In this document: piece by piece, positions 11,345 to 22,019 of the stretch
Layout of the letters: every line of letters starts with the position of its first letter
Numbering within the stretch: the first letter of the stretch is position 1
Assembly (NCBI GenBank): GCA_977016875.1
Contig: CDRNST010000020.1
Coordinates: 5,332,001 to 5,396,000, forward strand
Direction: 5' to 3'
Length of the DNA: 64,000 bases
Origin: Pavona decussata
Taxonomy: Eukaryota
Notes under the pieces: model-generated
The model's input: the letters and a program-made list of their open reading frames with translations, nothing else
What the model was told of the DNA's origin: nothing
Databases searched by the model: none
Translations under genes and position numbers: made by a program

Positions 11345-14300
11345 AGGTCCTGCTCGAGAAAGCACAGCTTCGTTAGCGGTCTTGTCAAAGTACATTTCTT
11401 GGTTGCAATCTTTGCTGATCTAACGAGACTGTCTCTTCCACTATGCACTTCAATAATCCGACCCTAAGGCCATTGTCCACGTGGAACTCTTTCATCAACA
11501 ACCAAAACCAAGTCGCCAACACAAAAATTCCGTAACGGTCTTGTCCATTTTTGGCGTTCTTGAAGGGGAGGTAGATAACTTGAGAGCCATCTTTTCCAAA
11601 GTACATCCGCTGAGTACTGAATTTGTCTCCAACGGTGCTTGCAATACAGAAAAAACACCTGGTGGCATGCTACCCTCCGGTTGCAGGAGCAATAAATGGT
11701 TGGGTGTCAAAGCTTCAAAATCTGCAGGGTTGTCGCTATTAGGCGTTAAAGGACGACTGTTCAAAACACTTTCCACTTCAGTCATAATGGTGCCAAGAGC
11801 CTCTCCAGAACCAGCTGATCCCTCAACAAACTTCCAAGGACCTTGCGCGCAGACCGGATTACACACTCCCAAACCCCGCCCATATGGGAACCTCCTGGAG
11901 GATTAAATCTCCACTCAATATTCCTTTGCTGAAGAAACTTCTCGATTTTCCGATGGTTCCAATCATTTATGGCTTCTCGAATTTCTCTCCTGCACATAAA
12001 TTGGTGCCGTTGTCACTTCTTATGATCTTTGGATGACCTCTGCAATTAATAAATCTCCCAAGTGCATTAACAAACGAATCTGTATCCAAAGACTCGGTCA
12101 CCTCTATGTGAGCGGCTCTCATGGTCAAGCATGTAAAAAGGCATCCATAGTGCTTTACAATACTCCTACGCTGTTTGACGTACTATGGCCCGAAGAAATC
12201 AATACCAACGGAAGCGAACGGTGGCTGATCAGGGGTCAGCCGATCTTTGGGTAAACTCGCCATCAATTGTTGTCCACAAACAGCATTCTGTCTTCGACGA
12301 GTAAGGCATCTCCCAATCACTCTTCGAACAGTAGCACGACCCTTAACAATCCAGAATCTTTGATGCAAGCTCGCCAACACGTATTCCTGGCCAAAATGCC
12401 CAACAAGCTCATAATGTTCCATGATGATAAGGCTGGACAAGTGATGGTTGCTTGGTAACAAAATCTGATGCTTTGCTTGGACGTTTATTGGAGCATATTC
12501 AAGTCTGCCTCCAACTCTAAGAATACCCCTCTGATCCAGTCAAGGCCTCAACTTGTAAATTGAGCCACTCGAGCCTGAACATCTCAGTACATGCTTCTGC
12601 CGAACCAAAGAACTTGACCTCTTTTGAGCGTCTAAAACTTGAGGAAATGGCTCTCTCTGCACGTATTTGATTAGCTCAACTTCTGTGGTCCTTATGTCTT
12701 CCAAAGAAAGTTCGTTGGGTAGCAGACGGGTGTCCGAGGGATTACTTAGTCCCCTACGTGAATAAAGCTTGTTCTTTATGAATTCTTTGAAGCGGATGAG
12801 CCAAGCGACACCCCTCTTCAGCTTGTACTAGTAAGAATAACGTTGGATCATCGAATTCAATGTTGTTCCTGGAAAAGCCAAAAGACGAACTTGTATTTCC
12901 TTCCTGATTTCCGGATCCTCATCTAAAGTCTTGTGTAAGGGTTCTGGGAAAGTAGGCCAGAAATGTTCATCTTTCCACAGGAATTCTGAACCGCTGAACC
13001 ACTGAGTGTTATGAATCATTTCATCTGCAGTTGCTCCTCTGCTAATTAAATCTGCTGGGTTATCGGAAGCTGGCACGTACCTCCACTGGGCAGGCTGAGA
13101 ACCATCATGTGTGACTGCAAGTCTATTGGCGACGAAGGTATGAAACCTCTTCTCCACATTCCTAATATATTGCAGCACAGCAGTAGAATCTGACCAGAAA
13201 ATTGACTTGTCGATCGCAAACTCCAACTCTTCACGAAGTACTCGGTCAATCTTGACTGCGAGGACAGCTGCCGACAGCTCCAGCCTCGGTATGGTCATCG
13301 GTTTTACATGGGCTAGACGAGATTTTGCCACAAGAAAGTTGCAATGAACCAGGCCGTCCACATTTTCAAATCTTGCATATGCAACTGCGCCAAATGCCAC
13401 TTGGGATGCATCGGCAAAGTGGTGAGGCTGAGAAGACAATATCTCTCCAAAGTTTCCTGGCTTAGGATGCCGTGACACGATGACTTGAGAAAGCTTAGGC
13501 AGGTTTGCGAGCCATGTCTTCCAGCACATAGCTTCCTCTGATGCAATTACATCATCCCATCCTAATTTCTTTCGACAAAGGTCTTGCAAAAGCTTCTTGG
13601 CAGACACGACAACAGGTGACACCAGCCCAAGAGGATCATAAACCGAGCTTGTTACGGATAAAATCCCTCTTTGAGGGAAAGGTTTGTCCTTTGGTACAAC
13701 CTTGAAAGTGAATGTGTCAGTGCCCACATTCCATTGAACTCCAAGTGTTCTCTCGAGGGGAAGATTGTCGTTAAACAAATCCAAATCCAACACTGACAGA
13801 GCTCTATCGTACTTCGGAATAGTCTGTAGCACATCTCTATCATTACTCAGCCACTTGGTTAATCGAAAACCACCTCTGGACAACAAACCACAAAGCTCAA
13901 CTCTGAAGCGCACAGCAACAGCCCTTGAAGAAACCGACTTAAGACAATTGTCAACGTAAAAATTCTTGAGCGCAGTATCGATCACTTCATATCAAAAATC
14001 GCCATAGTTATCTTGGGCAGTCCTCCTTAAAGCAAAACTCGCGACCCTAGGCGAAGAGGTGCTACCAAAAAGATGAACCTCTATTCTATACTCGACTGGT
14101 TGCTGTCTCACATCGTCACCAGGCCACCACAAGAAACGAAGAGCGTCGTGATCCCTTGGGTCGACTCTCACTTGATGAAACATGGCCTCGATATCCGAGA
14201 CAAAGGCAATCGATTCTTGACGAAATCTGTTGAGGACATCAAACAGGTTGTTGGTCAAATCAGGACCATGTAACAGCTGATCATTCGATGACATTCCTCT

Positions 14301-17300
14301 AAACTTTGCTGCACAGTCGAACACCACTCTCAGCTTATCTGGTTTGTGGGGGTGGAAAACTGCATGATGCGGAAGATACCATAGAGGCTTGCCAGTGGGG
14401 TTGAGTTCCTTATGAGGCACCCGATGGGCATACCCCTTGGTGATGTAATCGTTGATTGTCCCCTTGTATTCTTAAAAGAATTCTTCAACACACAGAAACC
14501 ATTTCCTCAACAACTGCAACCTCTGCTCGGCCGCCAATCGATTGTTTGAAAGATAAGGTGGCTGATTTCTTCAAGGAAGAGCTACTTGGTAGTGGGCAGA
14601 GACGATCTTAACTGAATCCTCCATCGTTTTTAGTGCCTTCTGATCTTCCACGGACATAGCCACTTTAGAACTGCATAACGCATCAACGAAATCTGTCCTC
14701 CAAAACTTTTCTACTTGCTGCAATAAAGCCTCATCATGATCACCTCTACCGCTCTCCAGACGTACAAAGTTCACATTGAAATTGGAATCTCCACTAAACC
14801 TCTCAACAGGTCCCATCAAAGTCCAACCAAGTAATGATCGAACAGCTACAGGTTCTCCCCTTGCACCACGTCTCTCTTCCAACTCCCAAAAAGCCTCTGG
14901 AGCATTGCATCCAATGAGCAGCCTAACATCTTTGCCTTGTATCTCTGGAAGCTCAATGTCGCTCAGATGAGGCCATCCTTTCACATCTTCAGGCACTGGA
15001 ATACTTTGACTTGAGATAGTTAAGCAATCAACGGACCACACTCTTCGTATTTCCAATGTTGAATCACCATCCAAAGAACTATTCTTAGTTTCCCTTTTTA
15101 TCATATTTTTTATATCTTCATTTACTGTACCTAGTTTTATACGTACTTTTTATCTATTTTATTAATTGTAAATACGCAATTCAGTCATGTATTGATTGTT
15201 AAACTATCTATCCATCCATCCATCTATCCATCCATCCATCCATCCATCCATCCATTCATCCATCCAAATGGTAAGCTTCAGCTCCAAGCCGGACTTAGCA
15301 CTGTCCTTCTTCTCTTGTGTGGTCAGGAAGAAATCTCGCCGTTTACCTTGAAGACCTAACTCCTTCACCAGCTCAGAATCACAGAGAGAAACATCTGATC
15401 CGTTATCCAGGAGAGCATACGACCAGACAAACTGTCACGTACTTTGACCGGAACAACTCTGAGGTGTATTCTCTTCTCAGTTGACTGGCAACGGTTGTTT
15501 TGGTTTCTTTGATTTCTTGCACCAACCCCAATTGCATAACTCTGAGTAACATGACCTCCACAAGAACTTGTGTGACCTTGGATATCGCGATGTGTACCGG
15601 AAGCTGAACCAATGCCAGTCATGTGACTCTGCGTGACACGATCTCCACCGGAAGTTATATCAGGCATAGTTGCGTGACTCAGGAAATCGCGGTATGGTCC
15701 GGAAGTTGTACCAGCCCTAAAGGCGTGACGCTGAGTGACACCATCACCACCGGAAGTTGCACCGATTGTCATTGTGTGACTCTGGTTAACACGATCTTCA
15801 ACTAAGCGCAGACGAAGGACTCCTTCACGAAAGCAATTGACCTAAATGTTGCGGTTCGCAGACAGCTCCGTGGGGGGGGTGGATCACCGTCATATGCTTC
15901 CTGTTACAACCTTCGACATAACAGGCACTCTTTTGCAGGCATCCCCTGGCTTTGTGTCCCATCTTGAAGCAATTGTCACACAATCTGTGTTCTCGCAAAG
16001 TGTTTATGCGATCGGCATACGATTTTCTTTTGAACTCCTCACAGTTCCATAACTGATGTAGGCCTGCACATACAACGCACTTCCCGGACCCAGCACCAAT
16101 ACCTTGGTTCACAGCAGAACGGCTGTTATCATTAAATGCGCTACTCTTCACATTGGAGGAAACAGGCTTGACTGAGCCCACTTGAGCCGCGAATGTGGTT
16201 CCCCTTGATGAGCTGCTGGGCTTGTTAGTCTTTTTGGTCTTCTCTCTGTCACCAGCAATAATGTTTCCACACACAGAATCGCTCACTGCTCGGGCTCTCT
16301 TGGACACAAACTTGGAGATGTGGTGAATTCTAGGTCTCAATCCCGACTCTTGCAAACGATCAGCAACCTCTAGCCACTTGATTCTTAGATAAAACGGAAG
16401 TCTTTCCGCGACGCTCCTCAGGTTCTCGGCGCTATTGATCTCGTTCAGGTATCCAATGGATTCCAAGACGTTTTGACAGTCTCTTAATTGATCCGCAAAG
16501 GTCAGTAAACCATGCTGGTCATAAGGCTTTAACGGAGGGCCTCGAACTACCCTATTGAGGTGTGCAGTAGCAATCTTGTATGGATGTCCAAACGTTCCTC
16601 AAGCAACACTCTAGCTGTCTGATATCCAACCGCAGGCTCGAAAGCCGAACAGCTGCTAATGGCGTCCTTTGCAGTCCCTGTGCAGAACTGCAACAAATAC
16701 GAGAGGCGCTCGCTATCATCCGATGCATTTCTTGTGATGCTGTTCTCAAACAAGCGAAAAAAATTCCAGTAATCGAGTGGATTTCCGTCAAACTTGCTAA
16801 TGTCAGGTTTTGGTAAGGAGAATCCTTGCTTAATCGTGGACGCCATTGACTGGAAGGTCTTCTGTTGAAGTCCAATCATTTGTTGCTGCTGATGCAATAA
16901 TTGTTCAAGGTTTTCATGGTAAGGAGGATTTCCACGGTCAAGGCTAGCTTTAGGCTCACCGTAAGCGGGTTTGCACTTCCATTGAGAAACAGGATCTAAA
17001 TCGGAACGCACGTGTAATGTGTTCGTCTCGAGTCTCGATGGCAAAGGTGCGTGTGTAAGTGCAGACTTCGCCGTAAAACCGGTGTCCAGGAAATTAACAG
17101 TTCGCGGGTCGTCGCCCTTGGCTCGTGGAACATCGGACGTCGGGGGTGGATCGAAGGAATACGCAAAATGATCCTTGTAACCTTCTCCTTCCTCTAAAAT
17201 TTGCACTCTAAGACACGCTTGTTCAATTTTATTTTCGACCTCCAATAACTCCTCGCGCTTTACTACCACACGTCTTTGCTGCAAATCGAATTTCTTCTTG

Positions 17301-17809
17301 AGTTGCTGCATTTTTAACTCAGCGAGAGCCTCTTCTACCTTGGCCTCTTTGACCTTCACCGTTAAATGCGAAATTGCTTTAGAAACCGAACTCCGAGATT
17401 TTCTGAACACCGAAGAAGAGCCATACTGGCTGGCTGAATCATTCGCATCCACCGAAGGCAACCTCTGAGAGCCATCAAGCCACTTCTGAATGCGCTGCAC
17501 AAACCGGCGATTCTCGTCGCTTAGATCTTCGAACCAAGTTGTTGCTTCAAAAATTTCTTCCGGATCATCAAGACACTGTACATAAGCTTCATGAGCACGC
17601 CGAAAGTTCGTGAATGCTGGTTCCAGGTTAGCTAGCTTGCTTCGAACACATTCATACTCTCGCGAAACCATCAACGCTTCAATCTCATTTCGAATCCTTG
17701 TTACGTGACCCTTATATCCGTTCCGTGAAGTTTTCAAATTTTGTTTCAACTCTAAGCGAGGAGTGCCACTCCCGGAGCGGTCGTCGACTCGACGGTCCTG
17801 TGAGAGCAT
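11345..17809 (-). pseudogene. BEL-A gag-pol, fragmented by frameshifts, stops and an insertion
   Basis: Gag LPKPDISKFDGNPLDYW, Cys-His knuckles (CVVCAGLHQLWNC, CDNCFKMGH..C, CYVEGCNRKH), [30 protein letters not shown], RNase H FADAS..IPRLEL..WSDS, integrase GIDFFGP, GGVWE, LTPNHLL. Confidence 0.93.
15082..15266 (+). mobile_element. Short AT-rich insertion ending in an (ATCC)n tail within BEL-A pol (probable LINE/SINE 3' end)
   Basis: Interrupts the pol frame between ..LELKLTI and SSLDGDS..; ends in ctatccatccatcc...; tail is one 4-bp unit shorter in copy 2 (~56896-57076). Confidence 0.7.
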
Positions 17810-17865
17810 GTGGCCAAAACCAACTGGGTTGCTGACATAAACTTCCACACAGTTTTTCAAATAAA

Positions 17866-18227
17866 TGTGGCAGGCCAAAGCCGCCGCCGCCATGAACACA
17901 AAAATAAAATACCACAGCTTGAATGCACTTCCAAAGTTTAATGAAGATGAAAAAGGGGAAATACGAAGATAACGTATAACCCAAAACAAGTGTGCTAGTG
18001 AGTGATTCGACTGAAATAAAATAAAACGGGAATTATAAATTACAAACTGAAAAAAGCAACAAGAACCACGCGAAATAAACAAACCGAAATATACAACCAA
18101 ACAACAAAGAAAAATACTTACAAAACTGTGGCCATAAAAAACTTGAAAATAAAAATGAAATGCAAAGAATGCTTCCCAGCTGAGAAATATGCCCGCTCGC
18201 AGAACACAACGCAATACAAACTTGAGA
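17866..18227 (-). repeat. BEL-A 5' LTR, copy 1, truncated (362 of 490 bp)
   Basis: Matches 59645-60006, then switches to unrelated RT sequence. Confidence 0.93.
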
Positions 18228-18445
18228 AGCAGTTGGAGCCGAGCTTCACTTGTTGCTTGCGGTCGGCGAGAAAATCGATAATCCAGAACAGAATAGCCTC
18301 AGGGAGATCATAGTTGTGCAGTTTATTGATCAATATGTGATGGTCAATAAGATCGAAGGCTTTCTTGAAGTCGAACAGGACTGCCCTTACCGGGCTCCAG
18401 TACTGTGGTTGCACTGTTCCGTTCGTGAATCATGCTGATAAGCGC
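18228..18445 (-). mobile_element. CR1/L2-clade LINE reverse transcriptase fragment
   Basis: VRAVLFDFKKAFDLIDHHILINKL..WIIDFLADRKQQVKLG..CFS, a classic non-LTR RT segment. Confidence 0.88.
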
Positions 18446-18673
18446 TTCAGTTGTACTGCCACATTGGTGCCCATGCGCATAAGCACCAATGTGGCGGCCA
18501 GAAACCAAAGAAAACACCTGCCAATCACTTCTGCTATTCAGGCGACTGCTCTTTCCTTACGAGATTGTATACAGCTTTTTCAATTAACGTTGTCGGATCA
18601 AAGCAAAAAGCTAAAAGACAAGACCGCAAGGTTATTTGGGATTTTTTTATGAATAAATTAATCAAAATCAGCT

Positions 18674-19422
18674 ATGCCTCGCCCATACAGTGAAGATCTA
18701 CGGTGGCGAGCCATTTGGATGAATGAAATTTTAGGATATGAAGTGGATGAGGTGGCAGCCGCTTTGAGGATGTCACCAAGAAATATCGAGCGATATGTCT
18801 CAAAAGTTTTAAACCATGTGGAAGTAAAAGCAAATACCATCGGAAGACCGATAAACAGTGTGGCCATGCACCCGCACGTGGAATTTTTGATTATGGAAAC
18901 AGTGCTTGGACACCCCGAAAAGACACTGTCAGAAATTGCGCACGATGTGTATACTGAGACGGGATCAGATTTTGCATTAGCAAGTATTTTCTATTATCTG
19001 AAACGAAATCGTTTCAGTCTAAAAAAGGTTAGCTGAATTTTTCTGCTTTGTAATCGATTTTTTTTACGGCTTATGAAACGTTTAATTAACCTGGACTTTT
19101 CTCTATTTCATAATCAGCTCAACAAAATTGCGCTTCAAAGATCTGAAGAAGCAAGAGTGGTCTTCCGAGCAGATGTTTGTGTTCATAGATGAAAGCGGAT
19201 TCGTAAGTGTTCAGTTCTTATTTTACCTGTTAGGTTTAAATTCATTCCATTCTTTTAATTGTAAAATTGATTTTTGTGTCATGTTTATAGGACAAAAGAA
19301 TTTCTCCAACCTCTGGACACAACCTTATTGGAAAAAGAGCAGTGGTAAAACAATTTAAGCAGAACTGGGGACCGCGTATTACTGCCATTCCCGTCCTTTG
19401 CACTGAGGGAATCATTATTTGA
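18674..19422 (+). pseudogene. IS630/Tc1-like transposase, spliced (18674-19027, 19118-19202, 19291-19422), truncated after first catalytic Asp
   Basis: MPRPYSEDLRWRAIW HTH start, winged HTH (PEKTLSEIA), FVFIDESGF; GT-AG introns; second D and E absent. Confidence 0.85.
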
Positions 19423-19499
19423 AGAAAAATATTGACGAACATTAAGAATAATCCAACACCCTCATTACTGGAATGATAATGTTTGACATGGGCAAGCGG

Positions 19500-20147
19500 A
19501 AAATTTAAAGTTCCTTACCAACATCCTGGCCCAACAATGCAGTTTAAACTCTGGCAGTTTATGGTGCTCTCGCAACCTTGACAGGCATGCTTCATAACGT
19601 GACGGCACTTCTTCTTCATCACAGTCATCTCAGAACTGGGTCCGGGGTTAGCTACACAAAACAATAAGTTGCTGAAAACAACTTCCTGATCATCACAAGC
19701 AGAATTGAAGAAGCTTGAATGACAGCCGTCTTCTTGAGTTACACTTTCTCCTGAGTATGCAACCTGAGGAGACAGGGATGATATTCAAAATAAAATTACT
19801 ATACCTTTTCTTTCCTTCCCCAATGTTGAAGAGAGTGATTTTTTGGCTTTAGTTAAGTGTGGATCGACCCACAACGTAACCATTCCCTTTTTCACTAATG
19901 AAAGCGCCTCGGCAAGTTGAATTTCCGAAGTAATGGTGAACTTCTTGTTTCCTTCACCGCTGTATCCAAAAGTAAAGTCACAATCTGTTGCTGGCCGGAG
20001 TTCCTCTGTGCACCTCTCCAATAGGTAGGCTTTTAATCTAGTCACACTGTCAAAGAGAGGCACGTTTCGAACGGAATACGAATCGTGCGAATTCTTGTTT
20101 TTTGCTTTTAAAACGCGCAGACAAATGTTAACAGTGTTTTCTTCCAT
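19500..20147 (-). pseudogene. Second, convergent ORF of unknown function within the Tc1-like element
   Basis: ATG at 20147 just inside the right TIR; 114 open codons to a GT donor at ~19804, then a Cys-rich continuation. Confidence 0.5.
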
Positions 20148-20340
20148 CCTACTTGTCACGCCTCTGCGAAAAAAAAATTAAGAACTACCCATGTTACCTT
20201 GCGGTCTTGTCTTTTAGCTTTTTGCTTTTATCCAACAACCTTAATTGAAATAGCTGTATAAACGTATAAACATCTTTCCCAATACTTGAACTGTTTGAAT
20301 TTCAGAAATCTTAGCAAAAGACCTTTTTACAAGGCTTGAG

Positions 20341-20480
20341 GGAGGGGGGAACTCTCATATATGGGCTATTTAGGTATGTGCCACGAGATAGGGTAGGGTT
20401 TTGAAGGTTCTCGATCGTTAAATAGGGTATCATTTTTGCCCCTGTTGGCACTGTGTTCCTTAGATCGGGTACCTAAATTG
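20341..20480. mobile_element. MITE-like fragment
   Basis: ggggggaactctcatatatgggctatttaggtatgtgcc...agggtagggttttg, similar in style to 7441-7798. Confidence 0.4.
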
Positions 20481-21041
20481 TATCAGTTAAAATTAAATGC
20501 CCAGCTAAACAAAAAACAAAACAAATGATCTGTTAAAACTGAACTGCCCATTAGAGTATTAGTAAAGCGATTTTATATAGAATTAGAGGATATATGTTTT
20601 TACTTACCCATCATTGGTCTCTGCCTTCCACTTTCTGCCTTTAGTACGTTCCTTCTCGGGCGGTGTTTTGTGAGGCCATAACTTCGCTCACTAAACAAGA
20701 GTTCAAGCATTCGCAAGTATCAATTCCCTCTCCGCAAAACCCACACCTGTTTGAATAATCGATAAGTGTGTGACCATCCAAGCCACACACCCTACACTTT
20801 CTTACTCTTGTATCATCCATAACAAATAGATCGTCAGGAGTTACTTGTTCGTCGGTAATCTTCTAAACCTTACTCCAACTAGCATTGAATTCTTCAAAGT
20901 TATGCTAATTTAAACAATCCTTGGAAGACGTCACGTCGTGAGGAAAATCTGACAATTGCCAGGGACCCTTTTAAATTTTTTTCTTCCGGAATGTCAACAT
21001 TTTCTTTTGACGCTGTGACTGGCATAAGAAACCCAAGAAGG

Positions 21042-21830
21042 ACTGCTCTGCTTGATGAAATGCTTATAAAAAGTCCTGTTCCCGTTTTCGCTGGTATTAG
21101 GGTCTATTAGGTTAATCGCAAGTCCTTAACATGAACACGCGGCAATCTGCTTTGTTCTTTCGGCTCACCTGGAAGATTGGGCTGATGGCCAAGAGGAACA
21201 AATGACAAGATGTCGGCGTTCCACTTCTCACAATGGATCGGGATATAATGATTTAATGATTCAATGATTCAATGATTTAACACCAGCGGCCTCATGCTAT
21301 CTTCACACCGGGGGTTTTTGTTCTTTCGACACAAATTGTACATGGAACAGTACGACCACACGGGAAGAGTTCAATGATGTACCATGTAAAGTTCCAGGTA
21401 TGCCTAATACACCTTGTTCCAGGACTTTTTTGTGGCATGTGGATTGCAGGACTTCTTAAATAAGAAAACAAAGACTGCTCTGCTTGATTAAACGCTTAAT
21501 TTTTCGATCATATTAGGTTAATCCCGTGATATTAACATGAACACGTGGCGATCACCCTTGTTCTTTCTGCTCACCTGGAAGAATGGGCCGATGGCCAAGA
21601 GGAAAAGATGCCAAGATGTCGGCGTTCCTCTTCTCACAATGGATCGGCATCTAATGATTTAATGATTTAACACCAGCAGCCTCATGCTATCTTCACACCC
21701 GGCATTTTTTGTTCTTTCAACACAAATCGTACATAGAACAGTACGACCACACCTGAAGAGCTTAATCATGTACCATGTATTAAAGATGAGTTCCAAGTAT
21801 GCTTAATACTTATTTTAGGACTTTTGAACG
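21042..21830. repeat. ~430-bp diverged tandem duplication
   Basis: gactgctctgcttgat..., gctcacctggaaga..., aacagtacgaccacac recur at ~21042 and ~21473. Confidence 0.85.
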
Positions 21831-22019
21831 CGCTAAATGAAATGCCCAACTTTTTTCGTGAAGAACTTGGTCCTCCTATATTTGCAAATGATATGGGAAA
21901 CAAACTTTGACTTATAAACAGGTTGCAAAGAAAGAGACTTCTGAAAAGAAATGTTAACTGCACAAACTGTAGAAATGCAATGCACCTTATTCGCCAGCCG
22001 CAAAAAAATGTTTTAAACA

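Larger units (their letters stand above)
1..18227. repeat. Segmental duplication, copy 1 (extends beyond window start)
   Basis: Collinear and near-identical to 41815-60006 (offset 41814, becoming 41810 after a 4-bp microsatellite change and 41779 after a 31-bp deletion); identity ends abruptly at ...caaacttgaga 18227. Confidence 0.97.
10679..18227 (-). mobile_element. BEL/Pao LTR retrotransposon A, copy 1 (5' LTR truncated)
   Basis: 490-bp 3' LTR TG..CA at 10679-11168, PPT ggggccggaa, gag-PR-RT-RH-IN order, partial 5' LTR 17866-18227. Confidence 0.95.
18572..20256 (+). mobile_element. IS630/Tc1/mariner element, 1685 bp, 61-bp TIRs, TA flanks, internally deleted
   Basis: TIRs 18572-18632 and 20196-20256 (cagct.tttcaattaa.gttgt.ggat.aaagcaaaaagctaaaagacaagaccgcaaggt); TA on both sides. 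Confidence 0.9.

Noticed and set aside
16547-18214. 555-aa ORF with a hydrophobic N-terminus (also 10632-11027, 52446-52841, 59439-59993) suggesting an env-like or membrane protein
   Set aside because: The Phe-rich N-terminus is the T-rich LTR read in frame with gag from a non-ATG start; gag most plausibly begins at ATG 17809.
18118-18414. RT-LTR fusion ORF
   Set aside because: Chance read-through across the duplication junction.
18674-19036. Bacterial IS630 or horizontal transfer
   Set aside because: The transposase has GT-AG introns and sits among metazoan TEs.
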